From Myxococcota bacterium (GTDB taxonomy: Bacteria; Myxococcota; JACRCW01), in the NCBI GenBank assembly GCA_040752415.1, contig JBFMGU010000017.1, positions 1 to 64,000 of the forward strand: 64,000 bases of DNA. Direction: 5' to 3'. This document shows positions 11,001 to 19,201 of the stretch, piece after piece. How positions within the stretch are numbered: position 1 is the stretch's first letter; each line of letters opens with the position of its first letter. Position numbers and translations under genes: made by a program. The notes under the pieces were generated by a model, which ran no database searches, was not told where the DNA came from, and saw nothing but the letters and a program-made list of their open reading frames with translations.

Positions 11001-12227
11001 GTTGCCCGCGCGGTCGCGCAGCTGCAGCAGCACCACCTTGGTGGCGTTGACGTCGTCAAACGTGAGCGACTGCTGGTGGTCGTAGGGCGTCCACGCCGCG
11101 TCGTTGATGTCGCAGGAAGGCTCGTTGTCCACCATGTTGCAGTGGACCTCGCGCATCTCGAGGAGGTCGGAGAGCTCGTCGGAGGCGCTCACCAGCAGGT
11201 CCGCCGTGGTGGAGCGCAGGAAGGGCGCGCCGCCGCCCAGCAGGGCCAGGTCGATCACCGGCGGAGTCACGTCGCGGATGAGCCACAGCGGCGTCTCCGG
11301 GGTCTCGTAGTTGCACGGGTCGCGGAGCTGGATGCGGGCGCGCGTGCGGCCGGTGGGGACGTTGTCGAAGTTCTGCACGCCGGCGAAGGGCGCGTAGGAC
11401 GGCGGGTCCGTCTCCCCCAGCCAGATGCGACCCTGCGCCGCGAAGGGCGCGGTGACGTAGATGCTGATGGCGGAGCCGGTGAGATACCAGGTGGTGCCCT
11501 CGGGACGCGTCACCGCCGGCTCGGTGATCTGCGCGTCGCCGGGCTCCACGCGCATCCGCGTGCTCACCAACGAGACGCGCGGCACGTGCACCTGCGCCTC
11601 CCCCTCGGGGACCGTCACCGCGGCGCCGCAGATCTCGTTGCCCGCCGCCACGCCGCCCGCCGGGACTGCCAGGCCGGTCTTGCTCACCGTGAGGCGGTGG
11701 TAGCCCACCGGGACATCCGGCACGGAGAAGGTCCCGCCGGTCACCGTGGCCGTCAGGCGTCGCCCGTCGGAGAGCTCCAGCGTGACGTCCGCGCCTTCCA
11801 CGTCACCGTCGTCACCCTCGGGCACCGTGACCTCGCCATCCACCGTGCCGGTGGCCAGCTGCAGGACAATGTCACCCAGGCTCACCGAGCCGCCGGACCT
11901 GGCCACCACCCGCTGCTCGAACCGCTGGTACGCCGAGCCCGACGAGTTCAACGTCAACCCGCCCACGAAGGTCACGCTCAGCGTGTAGACGTCCGCCTCG
12001 ATGTCCTCGAAGACGAAGTTGCCGCCCTCGTCGGGAGCCACCCCGCCTTCACCGCGCCCGATGTCCACGCGCACGCGGCTCATGTCATTGGCACCCGCCA
12101 GCGACTGCAGCACCACGCGCCCGGAAATGGTGGCCCGTGTCGACGTGGGCGTCCCGGTGGGCGAGCAGGCGACGACGAACAGGAAAGCGGCCAGCCACGA
12201 CGAAGCGTGTGCAGCACGGTTGGGCAT
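2037..12227 (-). CDS. Giant (3396 aa) surface lipoprotein with many carboxypeptidase-regulatory-like/Cna-B-type beta-sandwich repeats, Ig-like domains and a C-terminal propeller-like region
   Basis: Lipobox 'FVVAC'; more than 20 ~85-aa repeats (G.v.LeG..dhsG..Vtl.G....t.Td..G.f....l..G.Y.l...); 'D.AGN' Ig-like motifs; consistent GC3 bias on the minus strand. Confidence 0.85.
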   Translation of the reverse strand: MPNRAAHASSWLAAFLFVVACSPTGTPTSTRATISGRVVLQSLAGANDMSRVRVDIGRGEGGVAPDEGGNFVFEDIEADVYTLSVTFVGGLTLNSSGSAYQRFEQRVVARSGGSVSLGDIVLQLATGTVDGEVTVPEGDDGDVEGADVTLELSDGRRLTATVTGGTFSVPDVPVGYHRLTVSKTGLAVPAGGVAAGNEICGAAVTVPEGEAQVHVPRVSLVSTRMRVEPGDAQITEPAVTRPEGTTWYLTGSAISIYVTAPFAAQGRIWLGETDPPSYAPFAGVQNFDNVPTGRTRARIQLRDPCNYETPETPLWLIRDVTPPVIDLALLGGGAPFLRSTTADLLVSASDELSDLLEMREVHCNMVDNEPSCDINDAAWTPYDHQQSLTFDDVNATKVVLLQLRDRAGNETEVVTLTAEYDTQPPANPSVTLAGGLDVIRATTQPVDLSAEGATEMQVGLDSTLGTAAWQPYNPTWSVTFPSGDGPKTVYARFRDAAGNATDIVQDGATLDTTGVVAGVVSLEDGSSPSVAEANVLGSQLTASVGADGFYRITGVPSGNHVVEIRLGSGANNNFRPVQLPVSMTAGATVTLPNVTLQRRRGDLTGPATLEGSADAGGILVELLGTSAAAVTGASGDYALRSIPTGSYQLRLSRAGYDTVTTASVDVLDNTVVSAPTTQLPLLRGDLQGVVVLEDEESPTLAQVVLLGTQYQTTPDDNGNWSLTGIPAGTYTLQARVTGSLDVRYYAELAVVRVDANSVTTVPAVTLLVARGAVRGTYALEGMSDASGILVSVEETGQVALTGANGSFRIEDVPGGTYTLRASRAPDFTSVTEVITVTGDITTVASTQTLEVVDSGVVRGRALLEGAVDHALTSVTLTGVDVRNLPVSLTTTTGTDGSFELSGLVAGNYELSFSHTGFDALASTSARVNTGAITALSPVTLRVSRGTVEGVVTATGTPSAAGTLVTLSGAESSSTFTDDTGAWRLQNVRAATGYVVTAQREGYASTSSAPFNVVANAVTTAPALTIAPSTTAAINGVATLEGATDHSGITITLSGNDLNGAPVNASAVTGVDGSYGFNALKQGTYNLRYDRTGYQLANTLGLPVTAGATVTVPDVALALARGDLTGQVLLQGMTDHSGVQVALAGSLSTFTDSAGNFSLRGVPVSSYTLTASKGADWQSQSTSVTVSRDTATSTGTLTLPVVATSTVTGSATLEGASDHAGTVVTLLGSDFRGVAVSRSTTTGTTGDYSFTGLASGDYQLSFSNTGFLPPSGQAVRVLAAATITALPVQLTVARGHVEGVVTASGATDSSGTIVTVTGPDSASAITDPSGAWRIFNLRAGSGYTVTTLRRGYTGVTSGAFVIDANATVTAPSLTITAATGASIVGVAQAEDGNHAGIQVTLTGTDLNGTSVVDSTVTSATGDYQFNNLREGVYSVEHNRNAHVGTAIRGFTVAANASVTLQTVVLALARGRASGQVVLQGASDHSGALVSVGGQSAVTDGTGAFTLLAIPEGNHTLTVSKAPDWVADTRAITITRDSTTATGTITLAPLSNATVTGVANLEGATDHAGTAVTLSGVDFRGVVITGVTATTATDGSFSFTALRAGDYQLAFSATGYDAVAGVPVHVSSSSTITAPPVGLAISRGEAGGVVNATGAADLSGTVVNVDGPERASTLTDATGAWRIPGLRVGTGYSVTAQRRGYTPVTSAFSVVANTATTVGPITISPSTNASLLGTIAAETGDGSGVTITLSGNDLNGSPVSDSFTTAAGGAFAFSSLKEGTYNLEYTGTGLQGASSRGVFVAADTTLDLGVIPVSRVFGSVSGQYVLQGASSHEGVVVTVAGISTVTDALGNFFLTGVDEGSQTITATKAPDYQSASGPVTVTRNATVTLSAVTLNVIATAALTGTATLEGTTNHAGITVSLVGSDFRGQAVNLSATTTSAGAYTFSSLVAGDYQLSYSSSGYDDVSGVAVHISSGAAATAGAVRLDLSRGDIQGTVSATGAGDPSGTVVTVSGPETFSTVTDATGAWRVSGARTGTGYSATASRAGYTSQSSASFAVTADTTTTVAAITISPSTGASISGTVAVGAGTPNGVTVSLTGTDLNGASVTASTTSNGTGSYSLTGLKQGTYSLTFSKTAYDPQTLAGIAVPVDTAVTASTVTLTVSRGALQGNAVLSAGTVTGLTLGSDHSGIVITLGGTLTPVPSVVTDASGNWRMEGVPVSLSGSAYTVTASKPNFVTQNASVTVVGNTTTTVGNLTLPVDAGSARGTVVLDDNVNNGGPNASSAGATVSLSGTTFNGATFTASAVTAADGTWSTANLPPGRFEVTVSSTDRACEDLAAITVQPGGTGVADPCTCTDTVAPSALAFGSFDTLVNTATVDVPLGTAATDATSPLSNFRDYQLGVGTPPTWFGSDDTPPFTFTLTANGSNVLWVRGRDWSGNTGVASSVTVTHDGIAPDAPSISTPRVYVDATTTSVTLSGSEDDENFDHYEICTAVASNPTDTAPPASCTSRSTTASTFALSLASGEKTWLFAWAVDGAGNENATPSVVGIISDLSAPEAPSIEPVYDSTLLTVRADVVDIFVQSGATDAPLGGTASPYKGVAYLEVDLGSGFAPLCNTTDADCYENGDTWNPCAESCECRNDNRISCAEQYNVVTGTSTFSLRSFRATLTPGTNRVAVRAVDLAGNVGDGAAVNITAEGMSVMSARLGAQNFPRQVGTFLSYLDNQFVRLAQMKPDRRGEAAAYCNIDTGADPRPYGEDTNLYLEAASAIGRDRFFYVEKNGATNRLMMRQPGTDGTYCTGDDTITLVRNPPANFRVASVATIGDSNVVFMERDVSTGATADTKRVFYVNGGTTTPQPDAVGLGHRARLTSGGRYALWVTGSSDDPVGCPAASGPLGPGEEGCMKWLLRYYAPAGGTSDYTFNAWYAAISRDGTMLFTASNQNEAGPGATCTIRSAGADPIYGNANDEVASINRPDDRVVSGISIDGVHAVAVIQDGNGVSSLLDWDAAGDAVFKGAGDDTYDVTTVGSVTLTDPQLHNGVVISTYGDPHVGDLVAHNLSNMHWEAVYLSNPVLNGRGVMVAWDNDKVVARQPDGKETRWPVATTGSPTRGSVLVNVQPGNAPFAATDGDLLVANTAGVAVYNAGPNQYWFDNDDPDPVQVFTLPANEELMRVTANEGRGLIVTRNTTTGNCRLTVLEPGSPSNSLLTPTTVSNIQGAFNKCDSFGSASISRYHAVWDYRPDAVNQNVAIYSSTDGVFGNGNDTAALLLNNGGGVPYDRALHANVGGTRVVFYDGTASANVIVNSFNNVFNDIDDTRDTVMPVGELVVYEHRLAGDKMIYVAEPSAGGGLQVLSHDILTGISTQLTHHFSEKGTVLVDPSGRAIWDDSFLINSVFVYKP

Positions 12228-12398
12228 GATGGTTCCCCGAAGAAAGATTGAACGCGACCGAACAACGCGCCGAACGCTAGCGCAAACCGCCCGGTGCGGA
12301 CGGAACGGCCGTCACGTCCGAACGTGAAATCCGCGTGAAACATCTGTTCAGGAGTGACCCCCGGCACACCCCACCGAGCGTTGGCCGGCGTCGTGCGG

Positions 12399-13172
12399 TC
12401 AGGCCCCGACGAGGGCGTGGAGCTCGGTCACGTGGACACCGCGCTGCTGCGCGACGGCGACGGCCCGCTCGATGCGCGCGCGAGCGGTGCGTCCGCGGGC
12501 GGGGTAGTCGGGGAGGGCCGCCATGGCCTCGCGCGCCTGGCGCAGCACGTCGTCACGCGGCACGGGACGGCCCAGTTGTGCCTGGCCCAGCGCGTGCGCT
12601 TCCGCGGCGAGCACGTCGACGCGGGCGGGGTCCTTCCGCAGCCACGCGCCCAGGGTGAGGTCCTCCTGCACGCCCAGCGCGTTGATGGTGATGATGAACG
12701 TGTACTTCGCCACCAGCCCGTCCTCCATGCGCGCGGTTTCCGTCGTGACCTCGCAGGGAAGGTCCAGCGCGCCGTGGACCGCGGCGAACAGCCCGGCGTG
12801 GGGACCGTACGCCAGCGTCGGGCGGGCCACCTCAAGGGGACGGCCCTTCTTGCGGCTCAGCCATGGGATGAGGACGGTGGGACTCCGCACGCCGTGCGCG
12901 CGCCACACGGAAGGGAACAGCTCGTTCTGCAGCAGCACCACGTGGTCACGACGGGCGGCGGGGATCTCCTCGAGCACGCCGCCCAGCGCGTCCTCTCCCA
13001 CCGCGACGAGGATGGGCGTGTGTCCGGGCAGCGCGGAGAGCGCCAGCGGACGCGGTGTGGTGCGCACCACCGGGGTCACGCGGATGCCCAGCTTCAACGC
13101 ACCGCCGGCGTAGAGCTGCCCCAGCTGCCCCAGTCCCACCACCACGAGATCCGACGGCCACGACGTGCTCAT
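12399..13172 (-). CDS. Ketopantoate-reductase-like Rossmann-fold protein
   Basis: N-terminal 'VVVGLGQLG' dinucleotide-binding motif, 'ILVAVGE', 'VVLLQNEL', 'AKYTFIITINALG'. Confidence 0.6.
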   Translation of the reverse strand: MSTSWPSDLVVVGLGQLGQLYAGGALKLGIRVTPVVRTTPRPLALSALPGHTPILVAVGEDALGGVLEEIPAARRDHVVLLQNELFPSVWRAHGVRSPTVLIPWLSRKKGRPLEVARPTLAYGPHAGLFAAVHGALDLPCEVTTETARMEDGLVAKYTFIITINALGVQEDLTLGAWLRKDPARVDVLAAEAHALGQAQLGRPVPRDDVLRQAREAMAALPDYPARGRTARARIERAVAVAQQRGVHVTELHALVGA

Positions 13173-13249
13173 GCCCCGGCACCTAGCACGCGTGGGTCCG
13201 TGGCGACGAAAATTGCAGGGGGAGGGCTGCTGCGTTATGGGAACGGGGC

Positions 13250-13558
13250 ATGCTGGGACTGCTGCGGAAGCTGTGTTTGGCGCTGGCGCTCATTGGCGTG
13301 CTTCCCCAGCCCATGGTTGCCGTTGCCGCGGAGGACCCTTGCGGCAGTGATTGCCCCGACGACGAGAGCGGTGTTCCCTGTCCGCCCTTCTGTCCGTCCT
13401 GCCTGTGCGCTCCGCACGCTCCCCGCGCCGCGGCCCCGCGGACCCTGACGTTGGAACCGCCGGTGACGTGGCGGAACGGCGGGATTCCGGAGTCCGCGGC
13501 GCGCCTGGTGGCCGAGCCGGATTTGCCGGGAATCTTTCATCCTCCTCGCCACGGGTGA
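13250..13558 (+). CDS. Small exported Cys-rich protein, putative metal-responsive leader (CzcI/DUF2946-like)
   Basis: Signal-like N-terminus, 'CGSDC...CPPFCPSCLC', C-terminal 'IFHPPR'. Lies directly upstream of the metal efflux operon. Confidence 0.65.
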   Translation: MLGLLRKLCLALALIGVLPQPMVAVAAEDPCGSDCPDDESGVPCPPFCPSCLCAPHAPRAAAPRTLTLEPPVTWRNGGIPESAARLVAEPDLPGIFHPPRHG

Positions 13559-13645
13559 GCTGTTCCCCGTCGTGGTGATGAAGCCTGCGCGCCCGCCGAT
13601 GCTCTCGGTGGCCGCGCGTCCGTCCCGGTTTCCGGAGAAGCACCC

Positions 13646-14887
13646 ATGCGTGCTCGATTGCGCGCCGTTGCATTGATCCTGTTGATGGCTCCCATTCCCG
13701 TCGTGGCCGCGGCCAACCTCACGTTCTCGGACGTGGTGGCGCGGGTTCGCCGACGGGCGCCGGAGGTCCTGGCCGCGGAGACCGCGCTGCAATCCGAACG
13801 CGCGGCACGCGTGGGGGCCACGCCGCTCTTCGGAGAGAATCCCAGCGTCGAGGGCGGCGCGGGTTGGATGGCGGAGAACCAGGGCACCGCCTGGCGCGAC
13901 ACGCGACACGGTCCCACGGCGTGGTTGCAGGTCTCCGTCCCGGTGGAGATTGCCGCGCAGCGGTGGCGCCGGGTGGCGGCGGCGGACGCGCGCATCCTGG
14001 CCAGCGCGGAGGCCCGCGACGAGACGGTGCGCGAGGCGTTGCTGGTGGCGGGGATGGCCTTCTACCGCGCGGTGCACGCGCAGCAGGTGGTGGAGCTGCA
14101 GAAGCGCGTGGAACAGCTCGCGGAGCGGACGCGGGAGCTGGCCATGGCGCGTTTCCGCGCGGGCGAGCTCGCCGAGCTGGAGGCGCGACTGACGGAGATG
14201 GAGTCCGCTTCCGCCAGTCGGGACCGCTATGCCGCGGAGGCCGCGTACCAGCACGCGCTGGCGGAGCTGGCGACGTTGCTGGGTGTCTCCCTGGACGAGA
14301 TGGACGGTGTGGAGGGCACCCTGCGTCGCCGTGAGCCGCTCCCCATGCTGCAGCAGGCCACCGACCGCGCCGTGGCGCGCGCGGATGTCCGCGTGGCCAC
14401 CGCCGAGCGAAAGGTGGCGCTGGCGGAAGCCAATGAAGCCGCCGGCCGCGCTTTTCCGACGCCACGCCTGAAGGGCTACTACCAGTATTGGCACCAGGAG
14501 CATGCCGTGATGGCGGTGGTGGAGGTGCCGCTGCCGCTCTTCGAGCACGGTCAGGGCGACGAGGCGCGCGCACGGGCGCGGGCCCGCGGAATGCTCGTCG
14601 AGGAGGACCAACGTCGGGAGGCGGCGCGCGCGGAGGTGCGGACCGCGCATGCCCTGGTCACGCGCCTGGCGGGCCTGCGCCAGCAGTTGGAAGAGCGTGG
14701 GCAACAGCCCCTGGAGGTGCTGCTCTCCGACGTGGAAACCGCCTATCGATCGCGTCAGACCGACCTCAACACGCTGCTCAACGTCCTGGGCCACCTTCTC
14801 CAGGCGGAGCGTGAGCTGCTCGACCTCCAGCTCCAGGAGACGTTGGCGCGGCTCTGGCTCGACGCTGCGATGGGAGCACTGCCATGA
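13646..14887 (+). CDS. TolC-family outer membrane efflux protein (CzcC-like)
   Basis: Signal peptide, 'NPSVE', 'VEVPLPLFEHGQG', coiled-coil segments. ATGA overlap with the next gene. Confidence 0.85.
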   Translation: MRARLRAVALILLMAPIPVVAAANLTFSDVVARVRRRAPEVLAAETALQSERAARVGATPLFGENPSVEGGAGWMAENQGTAWRDTRHGPTAWLQVSVPVEIAAQRWRRVAAADARILASAEARDETVREALLVAGMAFYRAVHAQQVVELQKRVEQLAERTRELAMARFRAGELAELEARLTEMESASASRDRYAAEAAYQHALAELATLLGVSLDEMDGVEGTLRRREPLPMLQQATDRAVARADVRVATAERKVALAEANEAAGRAFPTPRLKGYYQYWHQEHAVMAVVEVPLPLFEHGQGDEARARARARGMLVEEDQRREAARAEVRTAHALVTRLAGLRQQLEERGQQPLEVLLSDVETAYRSRQTDLNTLLNVLGHLLQAERELLDLQLQETLARLWLDAAMGALP

Positions 14888-16122
14888 AGCGCGTCCTCTT
14901 GCTGCTGGTGTTGGGCCTGGCGTGCGACCGTCGACCTGCCCGGGAAGCGCACGAAGAGCACGCCCACGACGAGAAACCAGCGGAATCCCACGCCCACGAC
15001 GAGGGTGATGACCACCACGACGCGGAAGAGCACCACGCGCATGGCGAGGAGCCGCGCGAGGGCGCCCAGGTGGTGACGCTCTCCGCGGACGCGCTGCGTG
15101 ATCTGCGCATCTCCACCGCGCGCGCCGAGGTCCGTCCCGGCGGCGAGATTGCCACCGCGCTGGGGGAGCTGCGCGTCAGCGACGATCACCACGCCGTGGT
15201 CGGTGCCCCGCTGCCCGCGCGGATCCTCAAGCTGGTGGCGCGGCCGGGCGACAAGGTGACGCGCGGCGCGGCGTTGGCGGTGGCGTCGAGCGCGGAGCTG
15301 GGCCGGGCGCGCGCGGAGGTGGTCACGGCGCAAGCGCGGGTGCGCGCGGCGGAGAAGGTGCTGGCGCGGGAGGAGGAGCTGGTGGGGCAGGGACTCTCTC
15401 CGCAGCGTCAGGTGGTGGAGGCCCGGGCGGCGTTGGATGCGGCGCGTGTCAATGCGGAGGCGGCCACCGCGAGCCTGGCGGCGCTGGGGCTGGGAACCGG
15501 GATTCCCTCGGATGGTGACGTGGGTCGCTTCGTGCTCAGCGCGCCGATCTCCGGTGTGGTGGTGGAGCGGCCCGCGGTGTTGGGACAGATGGCGCATCCC
15601 GACGAAGTCCTGTTTCGCATCGCGGACCTGGACACGTTGTGGCTGGTGGCGAACGTGTTCGAGCGCGACGCGGTACGGGTGCGCAAGGGAACGCCGGTGG
15701 CCATCACGTTGCCCGCGTGGCCGGGAGAACGAATCACCGCGAAGGTCGACTTCGTGGGGGCCGCGGTGGACGGAGCGCTGCGCACCGCGCCGGTGCGGGT
15801 GGTCGTCGACAATTCCCGCGGATTGCTGAAGCCCGGCATGAGCGCCAGCGTGGTCTTCACCGTCGGAGGCGGCGACCAGCACGAGGTGGTGACCGTGCCC
15901 ACCAGCGCGCTGCAACGCGTGGACGACGCGTGGTGCGTCTTCCTCCCGCGTGGCCGCGGCAGCTTTGAACGACGGGAAGTGGCCCGCGGCCGCGACCTGG
16001 GAGGCGAGGTGGAGATCCTGCAGGGACTCACGCCGGGAGAAGAGGTGGTGGTGGAAGGCAGCTTCGTGATCCGCGCCGAGTCACGTCGTGAGCACCTGGG
16101 CGGCGAGCATCACCATCACTGA
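14884..16122 (+). CDS. RND efflux periplasmic adaptor (CzcB-like), His-rich lipoprotein
   Basis: Lipobox 'GLAC', His/Glu-rich N-terminus, 'LSAPISGVV', 'LFRIADLDTLW', 'LKPGMSA', 'GLTPGEEVVVEGSF', C-terminal HHHH. Confidence 0.9.
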   Translation: MKRVLLLLVLGLACDRRPAREAHEEHAHDEKPAESHAHDEGDDHHDAEEHHAHGEEPREGAQVVTLSADALRDLRISTARAEVRPGGEIATALGELRVSDDHHAVVGAPLPARILKLVARPGDKVTRGAALAVASSAELGRARAEVVTAQARVRAAEKVLAREEELVGQGLSPQRQVVEARAALDAARVNAEAATASLAALGLGTGIPSDGDVGRFVLSAPISGVVVERPAVLGQMAHPDEVLFRIADLDTLWLVANVFERDAVRVRKGTPVAITLPAWPGERITAKVDFVGAAVDGALRTAPVRVVVDNSRGLLKPGMSASVVFTVGGGDQHEVVTVPTSALQRVDDAWCVFLPRGRGSFERREVARGRDLGGEVEILQGLTPGEEVVVEGSFVIRAESRREHLGGEHHHH

Positions 16123-16131
16123 GGGAGACCC

Positions 16132-19100
16132 ATGATCCGCCGCCTCATCCGCGCCAGTCATGCGCATCCCCTCCCGGTGGTGCTGGCCACCGTGCTCCTC
16201 GTGGCGGTGGGCGGCGCCAGCTACCGCGACCTGCCCGCCGACGTCTTCCCCGACCTGTCCGCACCCATCTTCAATGTCATTGCGCAGAACTCCGCCATGG
16301 CGCCCGAGGAGCTTGAGGCGTCCATCGTGATCCCGCTCGAAGTGGCACTAAGCGGTCTGCCGCAGGTGCGGCGACTCCGCTCGCAGGCGCAGCTGGGCGT
16401 GGCGGTGGTCACCGTCGAGTTCGAGTCCGACGTGGACTACAAGTTCGCGCGGCAGATGGTGGCGGAGCGCGTGGCCCAGGCCGGTGGAACCCTGCCGCCG
16501 GGAACCGAGCCGCCGCTGGTCTCCTCGCTCACGGGCCGGCTCAACGAGATCTTCGAGATCACGCTGGAAGGCACCGCGGACCTGATGACGCTGCGGGATG
16601 TCGCGGAGTTCGAGGTGAGTCGGAGATTGGCCGCGGTGCCCGGTGTGGCGGCGGTGGAACGGCTGGGCGGTCACCTGCGCGAGGTCCAGGTGCTGATGGA
16701 CCCCGACCGGATGACCGCGCGGGGTGTCACGCTCGACGACGTGCTCGATGCCGTGGAGGCCGCGGGCGACAACACCGCGGGAGGGATCATTGCCCAGGGC
16801 TCCATGGAATGGACCGTGCGCGCCGTGGCGCGACCGGAAGGCGTGGCGGACCTGCAGCGCGCGGTGGTGAGCAGCCGGGGCGGGGTGCCCATCCTCCTCT
16901 CCGACGTGGCCGAGGTGCGCGAGGGCGGCGCGGTCCGTCGGGGCATGGCGCATCGTCTCCATGGCGAGGTGGTCTCCTGCCGGATCTCCAAGCAGTTTGG
17001 CGCGGACACCATGACGGTGGCGGCGGGAATCCGCGAGGCGCTCTCCGAGCTGCGCCAGGGGCTGCCGCCAGGCGTGGAGATCCACGTGGCCTATGACCAG
17101 TCCGCGCTCGTCGACGGAGCGTTGCGCGGCGTGGGCAAGTCCATTGCGCTTGGGGCGTTCCTTGTCGTGTTGGTCTTGTTGCTGATGCTGGGGCACGTGC
17201 GCGCGGCGCTGCTGGTCACCGTGGTGCTGCCCATGAGCGTGCTGGTGGCGGGCACTGTGCTCAAGACGTTGGGCGTGGGCATCAACACCATGACGCTTGG
17301 CGGGTTGGCCATCGCGGTGGGGCTCCTCGTCGACGCGGCCATCATCATGGTGGAGAACGTCGTCCACCACCTGCAGCGCAAGGAGACCACGGGCCGGACC
17401 AGTGAACTGCGCGCGGCGCTCGAGGTGGGACCGCCCATCGTGTTTGCCACGGCCATCGTGGTGGCGGTGTTCATCCCGCTGCTGGCGATGGAGGGGCTGG
17501 AAGGACGCATGTTCCGACCGCTTGCCGTGGCGGTGGCGGCGTGCATGGGCGCGTCGCTGCTGCTGTCCTTGACGCTGATTCCCGCCGTGGGGGGACGCTG
17601 GATGGGCGGGGTGCGCGGGCAGGGTGACGTCGTCATCGTCCGGATGGTGAAGCGGGTCTATGTGCCCCTGCTGGGGTGGTGCATGCGGCACGCCGGCAAG
17701 GTGCGGCTGGCCACCTTGTTGGTCACCCTTCCGCTGCTGGGGCTCGCCACGCGCATCGGCACGGAGTTCATGCCGGAGATCGACGAGGGGGCGCTGCTCA
17801 TCCAGACCGTGGTGGCCGCCGACGCCAGCCTGGAGGAGGTGGACGCGCGCAACCACCGCGCCGAGGACGCGCTGCGGAAGTTCCCCGAAGTCGTCGACGT
17901 GGTGCGTCGTACCGGGCGCTCCGAGCGGACCGAGGATCCCATGCCGCACACCATCTCCGACGTGCTGGTCATCCTCCGGGAAGACCGTACGCGCGACCAT
18001 CACGCGCTCACCGCCGCCATGCGCGAGGAGTTCGAGCGGGCGCCCGGCATCGGCGCGCTCTTCACCACGCCGCTGGGCATGCGCGTCGACGAGGGATTGG
18101 GCGGGACGCCGGCCGACATCTCCGTGCGTGTGTTCGGGAACAACCTGGACACGCTGGGGCTGCTCGCGGGCCAGGTGCGGGAGAGGCTGGAGCGCATTCC
18201 CGGACTCACCGACGTCAACGCCGAGCCGCTCACCGGTTTTCCGCAGGTGCGCATCACCCTGGATCGCGAAGCGGCCATGCGCGTGGGACTCACAGGCAAG
18301 CAGCTCTCGCGCACCGTGGGCGCGGGGCTCGCTGGAGTCACCATGGGACACGTTTGGCGGGACGGCCGACAGCACCGCGTGGTGGCGCGGCTCTCCGAGG
18401 AACGTCGTCACGACGTGCTGGCGATCCGGGCGCTGCCGCTGGATACGCCCGCGGGCATGCGCGTGCCGCTCTCCCAGGTGGCGCGCATCGAGGAGACATT
18501 CGGGCCGGGCGTCATCCGACGAGAAGCGGGCACGCGCAGGATGGCCGTGGATGCGGCGGTGGTGGGCCGGGACCTGGGCAGCGCCGTGCAGGACGTGCGC
18601 GCGGCGCTCTCCGAGCTCAAGCTGCCCAAGGGGTACTTCTTCTCCATCGCGGGGAAGGTGGAGAGCCAGGCGCGGGCGCAGCGCTCCCTGCTGGTGGCCA
18701 TGGCCATCTCGTTGTTCCTGGTGTTCCTGTTGCTGTACCTGGCGCTGGGCTCCCTCGCGGAGACGCTTGTCATCCTCGCCACGCTGCCCGACGCGCTCGT
18801 GGGCGCGGTGGTGGCCATCTACCTCGCTGGGGAGACGTGGAATGTGTCCAGTGCGGTGGGCGTCATCGGGCTGTTCGGCATTGCGGTTCAGAATGGGCTG
18901 GTGCTGGTGACGCAGACGCGAGCGCTCGTGGCGCAGGGACGTCCCTTCGCGGAGGCGCTGGAGGAGGCCGCGGTGGGACGCGTGCGACCCAAGCTGATGA
19001 CGGCGGGAACGGCCATCCTGGGTCTCATGCCGCTGGTGGTGCTGCGCGGGCAGGGGTCGGAGATCGAGCGACCGCTGGCGATTGCGATGATGGGTGGACT

Positions 19101-19194
19101 GTGCACGTCCACGTTGTTCACACTGCTGGCGTTGCCAACGTTCTATCTGTTCGTGGAGCAGCTTAGGGAGCGGGCGCGATCACGGGCGAAGTGA
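16132..19194 (+). CDS. CusA/CzcA-family heavy-metal RND permease
   Basis: 'DVFPDL', 'APEELE', 'NTMTLGGLAIAVGLLVDAAIIMVEN', 'GTEFMPEIDEG', 'RVRPKLMT', 'GSEIERPLAIAMMGGL'. Confidence 0.92.
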   Translation: MIRRLIRASHAHPLPVVLATVLLVAVGGASYRDLPADVFPDLSAPIFNVIAQNSAMAPEELEASIVIPLEVALSGLPQVRRLRSQAQLGVAVVTVEFESDVDYKFARQMVAERVAQAGGTLPPGTEPPLVSSLTGRLNEIFEITLEGTADLMTLRDVAEFEVSRRLAAVPGVAAVERLGGHLREVQVLMDPDRMTARGVTLDDVLDAVEAAGDNTAGGIIAQGSMEWTVRAVARPEGVADLQRAVVSSRGGVPILLSDVAEVREGGAVRRGMAHRLHGEVVSCRISKQFGADTMTVAAGIREALSELRQGLPPGVEIHVAYDQSALVDGALRGVGKSIALGAFLVVLVLLLMLGHVRAALLVTVVLPMSVLVAGTVLKTLGVGINTMTLGGLAIAVGLLVDAAIIMVENVVHHLQRKETTGRTSELRAALEVGPPIVFATAIVVAVFIPLLAMEGLEGRMFRPLAVAVAACMGASLLLSLTLIPAVGGRWMGGVRGQGDVVIVRMVKRVYVPLLGWCMRHAGKVRLATLLVTLPLLGLATRIGTEFMPEIDEGALLIQTVVAADASLEEVDARNHRAEDALRKFPEVVDVVRRTGRSERTEDPMPHTISDVLVILREDRTRDHHALTAAMREEFERAPGIGALFTTPLGMRVDEGLGGTPADISVRVFGNNLDTLGLLAGQVRERLERIPGLTDVNAEPLTGFPQVRITLDREAAMRVGLTGKQLSRTVGAGLAGVTMGHVWRDGRQHRVVARLSEERRHDVLAIRALPLDTPAGMRVPLSQVARIEETFGPGVIRREAGTRRMAVDAAVVGRDLGSAVQDVRAALSELKLPKGYFFSIAGKVESQARAQRSLLVAMAISLFLVFLLLYLALGSLAETLVILATLPDALVGAVVAIYLAGETWNVSSAVGVIGLFGIAVQNGLVLVTQTRALVAQGRPFAEALEEAAVGRVRPKLMTAGTAILGLMPLVVLRGQGSEIERPLAIAMMGGLCTSTLFTLLALPTFYLFVEQLRERARSRAK

Positions 19195-19201
19195 AGCGTG
19201 C

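Noticed and set aside
1860..12251. Very long plus-strand ORFs (1728 and 1630 aa)
   Set aside because: Antisense shadows of the GC3-biased 3396-aa gene; Arg/Gly/His-rich with no motifs.
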